Shown here: positions 47,537-56,645 of the stretch, in pieces | Layout of the letters: every line of letters starts with the position of its first letter | Position numbering within the stretch: position 1 is the first letter of the stretch | Assembly: GCA_965221105.1 (NCBI GenBank) | Contig: OZ244871.1 | Coordinates: 511,648-575,647, forward strand | Length of the DNA: 64,000 bases | Reading direction: 5' to 3' | Origin: Pseudomonadales bacterium | GTDB taxonomy: Bacteria > Pseudomonadota > Gammaproteobacteria > Pseudomonadales > GM7GCV1 | Notes under the pieces: generated by a model | Database searches by the model: none | What the model was told of the DNA's origin: nothing | What the model saw: the letters and a program-made list of their open reading frames with translations, nothing else | Made by a program: the position numbers and the translations under genes

Positions 47537-47695
47537 CAGCCAGTGGGCACCGCAATACCAGACTCGCCGCTGTCCTTGGATAAGGCGGAACAGATAGACC
47601 AGCAGCACGAGGCGCACATCGTGGACGATGTGCTGGAACCAGTGTCGGAGCACGATCTTCGCCTCGTCAATCAGGGCAATTGGGGTGCAGGCCAC
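47537..47695 (-). pseudogene. Relic of a second COG2907-type FAD oxidoreductase (C-terminal ~53 codons)
   Basis: IALIDEAKIVLRHWFQHIVHDVRLVLLVYLFRLIQGQRRVWYCGAHWLI parallels NSRIDESKIVKRWWFQHVVHDVRHVALLVHLFRFIQGKRRSWHCGAHTLI of 51265..52638. No upstream part. Confidence 0.7.
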
Positions 47696-47886
47696 CTGGC
47701 CCGATGGGGAGCACGTATCGCTTGGTCCTGGGTTGTTGAGTCCTCCATGCCTATACTCACCCCGCAGATGTGGCTTGGGCTTGGGCTGGGGAGCGGAACA
47801 CACACATGTTCCTGGGTCCTGAGCTGCAGCGTGACACACATCCTGCAGAATGTGCGACCCATGCCTTTCAATCACAATCCAGCAGT

Positions 47887-48408
47887 CTAACCAGGCACCC
47901 TTCCCGCTTCCTCCCCCGATTCCAGAGGCACTCCCGCCTCCACATATGCCTTCACGGCTTCCACATCGGCGGTAATGCCTTTAACGGCTGCTGGACGGAG
48001 AAAGGGCGTGATCAGCTTACCCATCAAACTGATGGGTTCTATCCGGACCAGCATGTCGAGCTGGGCTTCATCACCGCTTTCACTGGGCGTCACAGTGAAG
48101 GTTGTATGCCAACGGGCTCCTGCCTCTTCGGTCACAAGACGAACCATCCTGCCATCCTCGAAGCCAGTCACCTCGCTTTCGGTCGCCGAGAGGCCAAAGA
48201 CCTGAGCAAACAATGCCTGTGCGCCGCTGAAGTGCCGCGTCTCGCGAAATCGCGCCCCGACCCCAGTTTCGTTGTCGGTGAGAAACTCCACCGTGTCAAT
48301 CTCCGGAATCGCCAAGCCGTAGTTGCGGCCATTGGCGACGACATCGAATACGGCCTGCGCTGTTGCAGCGACAGTCCGGCTAATTGTGACTGGCTTCAAT
48401 GTGATCAA
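47887..48408 (-). CDS. SRPBCC (START/Bet v1-like) lipid-binding-fold protein
   Basis: 173 aa. ITISRTVAATAQAVFDVVANGRNY...GARFRETR...WHTTFTVTPSE is the typical polyketide-cyclase/SRPBCC pattern. Confidence 0.7.
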   Translation of the reverse strand: MITLKPVTISRTVAATAQAVFDVVANGRNYGLAIPEIDTVEFLTDNETGVGARFRETRHFSGAQALFAQVFGLSATESEVTGFEDGRMVRLVTEEAGARWHTTFTVTPSESGDEAQLDMLVRIEPISLMGKLITPFLRPAAVKGITADVEAVKAYVEAGVPLESGEEAGRVPG

Positions 48409-48717
48409 CCTCCTTTTTTCGTAGTCGTGTCTTGGCTGAAGACGCTGTGGGTGCCCACGATGGACGCCGTCGGTGTCATGATCACGCTCCAGTGCTGCGC
48501 CGAATTATGCGAGCTGCTGCTGGGCCTGACCGCCGAAGGCGAGTTCACAATCCGGGCGATCCGCCGGGCAACGCTTCGGGCTGCATCCCCAACCACTCGA
48601 CGGCGACACAATGAAGCGCAGCGCCACGCTTTCTTCTCCAGGCTGGCCAGCAATAGCAACGCCGCTGCACCCCAACGCCAACCATGTACGCACTTGGTCG
48701 GAATTGCTGAAAAAAAG

Positions 48718-50820
48718 TCATGCTCCCCCCGCAGTGACTGGACAGGTGGCAGCCTCCGAAGGAGTGAATTCGGCGGGTGCGCAGGGCGGGCGGGCGGGCG
48801 GTGAATTCAGCTCATGCCTTTTCTCTGCAATCCGGAGCTTCATCTTACTGTTCGGCGACATTGTCGGAAAGGGGTTAATCCGAAGCTGGTAGTCAGTGGG
48901 TGCCAGCTCGAAGCGGAAATAGTGGACGAGCATCAGCAGACTGATTGCCAGATGGAGCTCGACCCACCGGGAACCCAGGCACTTGTGGGTGCCCAGGCCG
49001 AAGGGGGCGTAGCTCGAACTCTTCCAGTCGGTACTCCCGTCGCTCTCTGCACCATCCGAAGCTTTTTCCGTCTGGTGACGTTCGATATCGAAGGCAAAGG
49101 GATCGGGAAAGACATCCTCCATGTAGTGCGTGGCCGTCTGGACAAGGTGTATCTTCGAGCCCACCCGTATCTCGTAGCCCTCGACCACGCAGGTGTTCAT
49201 CACCGTTCTGATCTGTATGGGGATGATCGGGTAGAGACGCTGGGATTCCATCATGAAACGGTAGGTGAGATCGATTGCCGATCTGCTCAGCGCATCCGCC
49301 TCGGGATCGCCATCTGCAAAGACCCTGTCGGCCTCCTCTTGGATCTGCCTGTACAGATCGGGCTGACGCAGAAGGTTGTAGAGCGCAAAGCTCAGCGCAT
49401 TGCCCATGTAGAGGCTGACGATCAGCGGAGAAATCAGGGAGAAGGCAAGATCCGTCTCGGGCAGAAACTGCGAATCAGCTGCGTGCAGGCTCATTATGTC
49501 GTCCACGATGTCGCGGGGGCACCCCACGCGCTGGGCCGGCATATGTGCAACCTGAATGCGGTGTACCAGATCGGCGATCATCTTCTTGCGCCGGTTCATG
49601 CTTGGAGTTTTCAGCATGAACTTCGGGAGCGCCCGCTGAACATGTGTGACCAGTGAACGCTCCTTGAAATTGAGTACGTCTCGGAATTCCTTCTGGGTGT
49701 CGATGCCGACCGAAAGCTGCGAAAATTGCGCATTCATGAAATCCTGGCACGCCTCAACGGCAGGGAGCACATCGCCAGCCTTCCATGTCACAATATGGTT
49801 GTGGGCGTGGTAATACACCTCATCGAGACGGTCGGCCAGCGCGCCGCGCGAGTAGACTGCCTGAATAGCCTTGCGCATGCGGAAGTGATCGGCACCATCC
49901 ATTGAGGGCAGAATGCGCGATGCCCCATAGACCTGCTCGAATCCCGTGAGGTAGTCCTTCGATCGAACATAGATGCGGCCGATTCGATGCAGCCATTCAT
50001 TGGCCCCGGGGCCACACAGAACGAGCATGCCCCCCTTGACAAAGGGTACGTTGAGGTTGAAGACGGGGCCGTGCTTGCGAGCGAGGTCGGCAAAGACAGC
50101 GGGAACGTTGCCGGTTCGTAACTCTGGGCTGAAGAGCAGGTCGCGCAGGGGAACTGATGGAATCGGTTTCGTGCTCAGGGCACGACGAAAACGCGGCTGG
50201 GAGATGCTCTTGGCGGTCGCCTCGCCGATGGAACGACCGATGATATCCAGTTTGCAGATAAAGTCGACGCGCTGGTTGATCTCCTTGTCCAAAGGGAAGA
50301 TGAGCTGAAGGACGTTGCACGAATTGGCGAGCGCGACCAAAATTGCGTCCTTCGGATGGGGAATTTCGTCCGCAAGCAGAATCTTGGCGACCCGCGCCTT
50401 GATGAACTCGCTCGGTATGTCTTCGGGTGTTGAGTATGCGTCCACTTGCCATGTGCCCGAGGCGAGAGACCAGAATCCCCCATTGTGGTGGATCAGGATT
50501 CCTTTCTCCCTGAGGCTATCCAGGGTGTCTACCATGACCGCTTCAGAGCGCGGCGAAAGGTATTCGATCCAGTATTGGATGTTTCGCTTCTGTGGCTCAT
50601 CGCTGATTACTTTCAGCATGGAGTCCAGATGTGGATCTTCTGTCGCAGTCGGGTCGGTAACGAAGACATGCTCCAGATCCATGTCAATGCGACCCGATAA
50701 TGCCAATTCTGCAAGGCAGGCACCTGCGACGGCACAGTTCAGGTTCCAACCGGGAACCTGATGGAAGTAGCCGCTCTCATCGTTGAGGAGCAGCAGGACC
50801 AATTCATGCGGCAAATTCAT
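48718..50820 (-). CDS. GPP34/GOLPH3-domain - cytochrome P450 fusion protein
   Basis: 700 aa. Residues 1-~215 are GPP34-like (ELVLLLLNDESGYF...LNCAVAGACLAELALSGRIDMD...DSLREKGIL...AILVALANSCNVL). Residues ~230-680 are a P450 (ExxR: ESQR; PERF-like DPFAFDIERH; heme loop FGLGTHKCLGSRWVELHL). Confidence 0.88.
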   Translation of the reverse strand: MNLPHELVLLLLNDESGYFHQVPGWNLNCAVAGACLAELALSGRIDMDLEHVFVTDPTATEDPHLDSMLKVISDEPQKRNIQYWIEYLSPRSEAVMVDTLDSLREKGILIHHNGGFWSLASGTWQVDAYSTPEDIPSEFIKARVAKILLADEIPHPKDAILVALANSCNVLQLIFPLDKEINQRVDFICKLDIIGRSIGEATAKSISQPRFRRALSTKPIPSVPLRDLLFSPELRTGNVPAVFADLARKHGPVFNLNVPFVKGGMLVLCGPGANEWLHRIGRIYVRSKDYLTGFEQVYGASRILPSMDGADHFRMRKAIQAVYSRGALADRLDEVYYHAHNHIVTWKAGDVLPAVEACQDFMNAQFSQLSVGIDTQKEFRDVLNFKERSLVTHVQRALPKFMLKTPSMNRRKKMIADLVHRIQVAHMPAQRVGCPRDIVDDIMSLHAADSQFLPETDLAFSLISPLIVSLYMGNALSFALYNLLRQPDLYRQIQEEADRVFADGDPEADALSRSAIDLTYRFMMESQRLYPIIPIQIRTVMNTCVVEGYEIRVGSKIHLVQTATHYMEDVFPDPFAFDIERHQTEKASDGAESDGSTDWKSSSYAPFGLGTHKCLGSRWVELHLAISLLMLVHYFRFELAPTDYQLRINPFPTMSPNSKMKLRIAEKRHELNSPPARPPCAPAEFTPSEAATCPVTAGGA

Positions 50821-51041
50821 GGCATGCCCCCAACCACTGACTGGCTTACAATTCGTGCTCCCTTGGTTCTGCGTTCATATGGGTCAGTGCGGCTATGATG
50901 CCGCGAAAGAACCGGCAATGTCGTCCAGCCGAAGCGGATGAAAGGCGCCTCCAGCTTCTCAAGGGCAGACAGTACTTCTTCCTGCGATAGACCGCGTTTC
51001 TGCCTGAACACCCCACTCCGAGTGCCAATGTCCCCAGCCAT
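50817..51041 (-). CDS. Small hypothetical protein translationally coupled to the GPP34-P450 gene
   Basis: GGAGG then a 6-nt spacer then ATG (51041). The stop overlaps the P450 start as ATGA. An AT-rich promoter-like tract lies just upstream (51050..51130). No recognisable motif (MAGDIGTRSGVFRQKRGLSQEEVLSALEKLEAP...). Confidence 0.4.
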   Translation of the reverse strand: MAGDIGTRSGVFRQKRGLSQEEVLSALEKLEAPFIRFGWTTLPVLSRHHSRTDPYERRTKGARIVSQSVVGGMP

Positions 51042-51264
51042 ACACATCCTCCAAGTAATAATCGTAATCGCGCAAGTTTATGAATTCAATAAAAATATAT
51101 TCGAATCGGGAACTGAATGAAACTCGACTCACAGCTGTCCACTCACTGAGGCACCCACAGCCACTGGATTCGAGACGAGAAAGTATGCGAAACACCTGGT
51201 GTTCTACGCGTCGACATGCAGGTCTGTCGCACAGATCGGAGCACAGGGCCCTGAAGCCGGATGC

Positions 51265-52638
51265 TCACCCGGTTCGAGAACGCGCTCGCCTGAAGCGCCT
51301 GCCGTACATCATGCGTCCGTAGAAGTTAAACCATTTCCTGGCTTCTTCGTCGTCGAACGGATAGTCTGCACCGAGTTGCCGCGCCGTGACCAGTCCGGTG
51401 ACGAAACAGGTCTCCTGGCTATTGATGAGCGTATGGGCACCGCAATGCCAGCTTCGCCGCTTGCCCTGAATAAAGCGAAAAAGGTGTACGAGCAGCGCAA
51501 CGTGCCTCACGTCATGGACGACATGCTGAAACCACCAGCGCTTGACGATTTTACTTTCATCGATACGGCTGTTTGCATTGTAGGTCACCAGACAGGGCTT
51601 GTCCGAACGTTTTGCCCAAGGCTGCTGGTTATGCATGATGTACGTGATTTCGTAATTGTCAGGCCGTGCGGCGTATTGCTCAATGTGGTTGCTGCGGGTG
51701 TCGTTTGGCTCTGCCTCGTTGTCCGGCAGCACGGATGCATCCGAGTGGACGATGGCGTGATTATGCAGCTCGCTCTCGTAACGAATCGACGACAAGAGCC
51801 AGGTCTCGAAGAGACTCGGGGCCTCCAATGCCATCAGGGTTTGATTGGCATTGCAGGCGAAAACTGCATCGTCGAAAATTTCCGTGTCGCCGTTCTCGTC
51901 AACGACGGCTACTTCCGTCTCGCGGCGGATGACCTTCCGCACCGGCCGGGCCAGGTAGATCTTGTCGCGAAAAGATTCCGTCAGCTTGTTGTAGATATTG
52001 CGCGTACCGCCATCCCATGTCCGCATCGGTGTCGCATTGACGATGTCGAAGAAATCCAGGTACCGGGCAAAGAGCGATGCCGGCATGTCAAACACATTGG
52101 TCGCCATCAGAAAGTTGACGAACATGGGCTTGAGCACCTTGTACCTGAAATCTCCGGAAAATCGGCCCAAATTCAGCACCATGCCCATGCTGAGGTAATT
52201 AAAGGGATTGAGGGCATTGAGGAATCTTGACCGGGTGCGGGTGAGCGCGCCGAACCATTTCAGGCGTTTCAGCAGTTTCTGGAATCTATCGATTTCCACC
52301 CGCAACTCCCGACTGATTTCGGTATCGAGATCATGAGCATAGATTTCACCACGGTATTTCACGCTGTAGCTAAATCGTGTATCGACGAGTTCGACGCCGA
52401 GTTGCCGCATCACCAGCAGGATATGCGTATAGACTGAGGGGATGCACGCGGTGACTGATATATCGAAGGGGATTGATGAGCCGTCGTCCTGCGGCATGTC
52501 AGCGGTGACGGCGTTACCACCGACCTGAGGCTGGGCTTCATACAGTCGGAAATCGAACTTGTCCGGATTGTGCTGCAGAGCCCAGGCAACTCCGAGTCCA
52601 GAGACTCCTCCTCCGATGATTGCTATCCTTCTTGGCAT
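51265..52638 (-). CDS. FAD/NAD(P)-binding oxidoreductase, COG2907 / amine-oxidase-like
   Basis: RIAIIGGGVSGLGVAWAL...YEAQPQVGGNA dinucleotide fold. C-terminal WWFQHVVHD...CGAHTLINSQETCFVTGLVTARQLG. ATG 52638 or GTG 52647. Confidence 0.85.
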   Translation of the reverse strand: MPRRIAIIGGGVSGLGVAWALQHNPDKFDFRLYEAQPQVGGNAVTADMPQDDGSSIPFDISVTACIPSVYTHILLVMRQLGVELVDTRFSYSVKYRGEIYAHDLDTEISRELRVEIDRFQKLLKRLKWFGALTRTRSRFLNALNPFNYLSMGMVLNLGRFSGDFRYKVLKPMFVNFLMATNVFDMPASLFARYLDFFDIVNATPMRTWDGGTRNIYNKLTESFRDKIYLARPVRKVIRRETEVAVVDENGDTEIFDDAVFACNANQTLMALEAPSLFETWLLSSIRYESELHNHAIVHSDASVLPDNEAEPNDTRSNHIEQYAARPDNYEITYIMHNQQPWAKRSDKPCLVTYNANSRIDESKIVKRWWFQHVVHDVRHVALLVHLFRFIQGKRRSWHCGAHTLINSQETCFVTGLVTARQLGADYPFDDEEARKWFNFYGRMMYGRRFRRARSRTG

Positions 52639-53355
52639 CTTCGCCACCCTGCGAGAAATAGGGCGCGCACTGTACCAGTTTTAACGGACAGTTTGAACAC
52701 TCACTCACGCACCCATACCCACAGGTACTCAGCCATATGCGGCGATACTGGGTCAACGCTCTCGGGGCAGGCTGATCGCCGGACTGCTCGAAGAACTCAA
52801 CCAGACCGGCACGGTCTTCTCTGGAGTCAGACTGCGCGTGTCCTGCGAGCTGCCCTGGACCGAATGCACAACTCCGGGGGGAACCGTGCATACACTCTGC
52901 TCGGGGTCAGGACCTTTGAACTCGGAACGAAGCGCTGAACCGCCCGCCCTCGGAAATGAAGCTGTTCATTGAACAGCTTCCATTGCACCATTGAAAACGG
53001 GAATCAGGAGGCACATCGTCTTCGGGTGAGCCTGTTGCGCCCCGCTGTGAATGCCTCCAAAGGATATACCCCTGTCTTTCACCGGCAAGATGGAAGCCGG
53101 GGCCGTCAACTTCAGGATGGTCAGCGCGGGGATGATCCGGAATACGAAAGCATGGTCACGCGGCACTTCCGGGTCTCACGCCAGTGCAGGTTTCTGAATG
53201 CCAACTTCCCTGATGCACAGATCGCAGGGTCCGATGTTGTGTGGCCTCTGACCTCTGATGAAGATGAAGAAGTCAATGGGGTTCGGGCACCCCGGCCTGC
53301 GCGCCCAGGCACAAGGAGCCCAAGTGCAAGCCCGGCCATATTCTGTCCATCCATG

Positions 53356-53919
53356 TCACAACTTCGCAGGTTTTCTGATCGAACGCAGCACATGCCGGCC
53401 GTAGACGCGCAAGCTGCGGAGCAGGGTCCTGTAATCAAGCGTACTGAACAAGGTATCGGCCAGCCCGAACGGCAGCATGGAGGGTACTGAGCCACGGACG
53501 TACTCGAGTATCCAGGCTTGATCCACCATGCGATAACCCTTGGCTACACCTTTCGGCAAATACACCACATCGCCCTTGCCGAACACCTGTCGTTGCGTAT
53601 CGCCCTGATTGAAATACCAGAACTCGCCATCCAGAATGTACGTGTAATCCTCTGCAAAATGATAGCGCCCGGTGTGACCGCCGCCGCCGATGGGGGTTCC
53701 GAAAAAGACCAGGTATTCCCACAGCGAAGCGTACAGGATGGTGAGTTGTCCCATGGTGCCGCCAGCGTTGGAGAAGACCCATTCAGGTTGAGTATCAATC
53801 CGGCCCGGGTAGCGCTCGACCAAATCTTGGGTTATTGCCGCCATCATCTGTTCCAATGGCGCGTCGAGATGCCGCTGGGCAATCTCGCGCAAAACCTCCG
53901 GTTCGAATACATATTTCAT
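53356..53919 (-). CDS. ERG2 / sigma-1-receptor family protein (C-8 sterol isomerase-like), lacking the N-terminal TM anchor
   Basis: Collinear with human sigma-1 receptor from residue ~35: WVFSNAGGTMGQLTILYASLWEYLVFFGTPIGGGGHTGRYHFAEDYTYILDGEF / LEYVRGSVPSMLPFGLADTLFSTLDYRTLLRSLRVYGRHV (cf. [53 protein letters not shown] / [40 protein letters not shown]). Confidence 0.85.
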   Translation of the reverse strand: MKYVFEPEVLREIAQRHLDAPLEQMMAAITQDLVERYPGRIDTQPEWVFSNAGGTMGQLTILYASLWEYLVFFGTPIGGGGHTGRYHFAEDYTYILDGEFWYFNQGDTQRQVFGKGDVVYLPKGVAKGYRMVDQAWILEYVRGSVPSMLPFGLADTLFSTLDYRTLLRSLRVYGRHVLRSIRKPAKL

Positions 53920-54980
53920 TGGGTGACTGAAGCGTCCGGTTTGCGGGCCAGAAAGAAAAACATCGGCGTAAAAATCCCGGACTCACCTCCGATCACCAGC
54001 GCGTCCCCCCCTCTATTGAGCAGGGTGCTGATGTCCCTGGCACCTTTCGGAAACACACGCAATGCCTCACCCACCCTCAACACCAGGTTCGTCAAGGCGC
54101 GACCAACCGGCGTGCGCGGGATACTTCTGAAGCTGATATCACGGCCTTGCAGGGCTCGTTGCCAGGGTGTTTCCGGATCGGAATCCACAGCGCGGTCATG
54201 AGCGTCGACAAGTTCAAACCCCGCCTCTTGCAACGCGTGGGACACTTCCGTAGTCAGAGAAATCTCAGGCAGTCCGTTGCCGACCATGATGTCGTTCTTG
54301 ATACGCTGATGTTCCTCGTCGTCCTGGTCGAATCTTTCGGTAACGCACCAGTCATACCCGGCGAAACAGCCACCCGGACGCAGCACGCGCAAGATCTCCC
54401 GGAACGCTGCGGTCTTATCGGGAGCGTGCGGCATGGATTCGATCGCGATGGCTGCGTCAAAACGATTATCCGCTTCAGGAATGTGCATGTAATCGCCCTG
54501 AATGAAGTGGCATAAAGACTGAACATCACGGGTGTGATGTCTGGCGCGCTCAAGCTGGTATCCGTTGTTGTTGAGGCCAACGAAACTGGCCCCGGAGTAG
54601 CGTGCCAGGTTGCCCGTCGGTCCACCGACTCCACAGCCCGCGTCCAGCACCTCCATACCCGGCTTCAGCCCCATCCGGTCGGAAAGGTAGTGCTGGTGCC
54701 TGAGCAGCGATGCCTGTAAGGTCTCTCCCCGCCGTCGCGGAGCAAAGTGGAATGACTGGCCCCAACCGTATTCGTAAAAATCGGTTGCCAGATCGTAGTA
54801 GTTGTTGACCAGAGCGCGATAGCGCTCTTTCCTGCTGTCGAGGCCGCCATCGTAGATCTCATTGTATTCATCAACCACAGACTTGACATCATCTGGAGCG
54901 ATGTCTGCGAGAAACTCGGACTTCGAATTTTCATTTCGCACTGATTTCACCATATCCATATTATAGTTGCCCTTTTCCAA
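53916..54980 (-). CDS. Sterol C-24 methyltransferase (ERG6/SMT family)
   Basis: YYDLATDFYEYGWGQSFHF (SMT signature, cf. yeast YYNLVTDFYEYGWGSSFHF), SAM motif VLDAGCGVGGP, GLNNNGYQ, IESMPHAP, and the sterol-MT C-terminal domain ending GIFTPMFFFLARKPD (cf. LFTPMMLFVARKPE). ATGA overlap with the ERG2-like gene. Confidence 0.9.
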   Translation of the reverse strand: MEKGNYNMDMVKSVRNENSKSEFLADIAPDDVKSVVDEYNEIYDGGLDSRKERYRALVNNYYDLATDFYEYGWGQSFHFAPRRRGETLQASLLRHQHYLSDRMGLKPGMEVLDAGCGVGGPTGNLARYSGASFVGLNNNGYQLERARHHTRDVQSLCHFIQGDYMHIPEADNRFDAAIAIESMPHAPDKTAAFREILRVLRPGGCFAGYDWCVTERFDQDDEEHQRIKNDIMVGNGLPEISLTTEVSHALQEAGFELVDAHDRAVDSDPETPWQRALQGRDISFRSIPRTPVGRALTNLVLRVGEALRVFPKGARDISTLLNRGGDALVIGGESGIFTPMFFFLARKPDASVTQ

Positions 54981-55450
54981 TGATGACCTGTTTCTTATTG
55001 ATTTGCCAATTTATTCATTCAGTGGCCTCTTTCAAAAGTCAAAAGCCTCTGTGTGCCGACAGTCGTTCGAACCCGGCCCGCTGTTCGCATCACAAAATGG
55101 GCAGTATTCGCGTGCAGGTGCACCCATGCGAACTGCTGCTCATCCGCTTCGCGCGTCGGGCAAACCTCATCCTCGCTCAGCCAGCACCCGCTGCTAATCC
55201 TTCCCTCCAACCCGTCCATACCACCGCTAAAACACACAGCTGCTTTTAAGGCCAGCACAGACTGACGGACATCTCAGCGACCCGCCATCAGGACCTGTCA
55301 ATCGTTCTGTTTTGTGTCGCCGCTGTGTGTAACACTCTCAACCGACGCTGTTCCGGGGTGTTCCTGTCAGTTTCACGACGATTGCGGTTGACCACCCGGA
55401 ACCAATCTTTTACGGTGTGTGGCGACTGAGATTCGACTTCACCCGTGCGC

Positions 55451-55726
55451 ATGACCACAGAGACAGGGAGCGACAGGCCGATTGACTTCGAGCAGCACCT
55501 CGCGGAGCTTGAGCAGATTGTCGCTGAGATGGAGCGGGGCGAGATGACGCTGGAGCACTCGCTGTGTGCCTATGAGGCTGGCATTGCGCTCACCCGCAAG
55601 TGTCAGGCGGCACTTGATGCTGCGCAGCAGCGCATTGCGGTGCTGACCGAGGGTGCGGGTGTCTCTGGTGCGCCGCCTCTGGGTGATGCTGGTGACGGAC
55701 GGGCCCGGTGCCTGGACGATGCATGA
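55451..55726 (+). CDS. xseB: Exodeoxyribonuclease VII small subunit
   Basis: FEQHLAELEQIVAEMERGEMTLEHSLCAYEAGIALTRKCQAALDAAQQRI. ATGA overlap with ispA. Confidence 0.9.
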   Translation: MTTETGSDRPIDFEQHLAELEQIVAEMERGEMTLEHSLCAYEAGIALTRKCQAALDAAQQRIAVLTEGAGVSGAPPLGDAGDGRARCLDDA

Positions 55727-56628
55727 GTGCTCCTGCTGATCTGGCGTCCTTTCGAGGCCTGGTGGCGCAGCGTGTGGACCAGCGTCTGGACGGGGTGCTG
55801 GCGGACATTGAGTCGCCGGCCGTGCAGCCTCTGGTTGAGGCCATGCGCTATGCGCTGGTGGGTGGTGGCAAGCGGGTGCGCCCGACGCTCTGTGTGGCCA
55901 GTGCGCTGCTGTTTGATGACGCGGCGCTGGACAGTGCGGCGACCCTGGCGGCGGCGGCCTCGGTTGAGATGATCCACGCCTATTCGCTCATTCACGATGA
56001 TCTGCCGGCCATGGACGACGACGCGCTGCGCCGGGGGCGGCCGACCACGCATATTGCGTTTGATGAGGCCACGGCCATTCTGGCGGGGGATGCGCTCCAG
56101 GCGCTGGCTTTTGAGACCCTGGCATCGGCCCCGGGCATGGAGGATGCCTCCAGGAGTGCGGCGGTTGTGCTCCTGTCCCGGGCGAGTGGTGCCTGCGGCA
56201 TGGTGGGGGGCCAGATGATTGACCTTGAGGTGGTGGGTACCCAGCCTGATCTGGATGCGCTCAACACCATGCATGGGCTCAAGACCGGGGAGTTGATCCG
56301 TGCCAGTGTGCTGCTGGGTGCCCACTCGGCGGGCTGTTCGGACGCGGCGGCGCTTGACCGGCTGGGGCGGTTTGCTGCCCAGATTGGGCTGGCCTTCCAG
56401 ATCCAGGATGACATTCTTGACGCGACGGGCAGCACTGAGGTGCTCGGCAAGACCCGGTGCGCGGATGCGGCCCGTGGCAAACCGACCTATGTGTCGCTCC
56501 TGGGTGTGGCGGGAGCCCGCGCCCGGCTGGAGCAGGCGCACGCCGAGGCGGTGTCTGCCCTGGAGCCATTCCGCACGGCCACCCTGTTGGTGCACCTGGC
56601 CGAGTACATCGTGGCCAGAACGCACTAG
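55723..56628 (+). CDS. ispA: Farnesyl diphosphate synthase
   Basis: First DDxx[21 protein letters not shown], second [12 protein letters not shown] 55723. Confidence 0.93.
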   Translation: MSAPADLASFRGLVAQRVDQRLDGVLADIESPAVQPLVEAMRYALVGGGKRVRPTLCVASALLFDDAALDSAATLAAAASVEMIHAYSLIHDDLPAMDDDALRRGRPTTHIAFDEATAILAGDALQALAFETLASAPGMEDASRSAAVVLLSRASGACGMVGGQMIDLEVVGTQPDLDALNTMHGLKTGELIRASVLLGAHSAGCSDAAALDRLGRFAAQIGLAFQIQDDILDATGSTEVLGKTRCADAARGKPTYVSLLGVAGARARLEQAHAEAVSALEPFRTATLLVHLAEYIVARTH

Positions 56629-56645
56629 TCTCCGCTGCCCCGATC

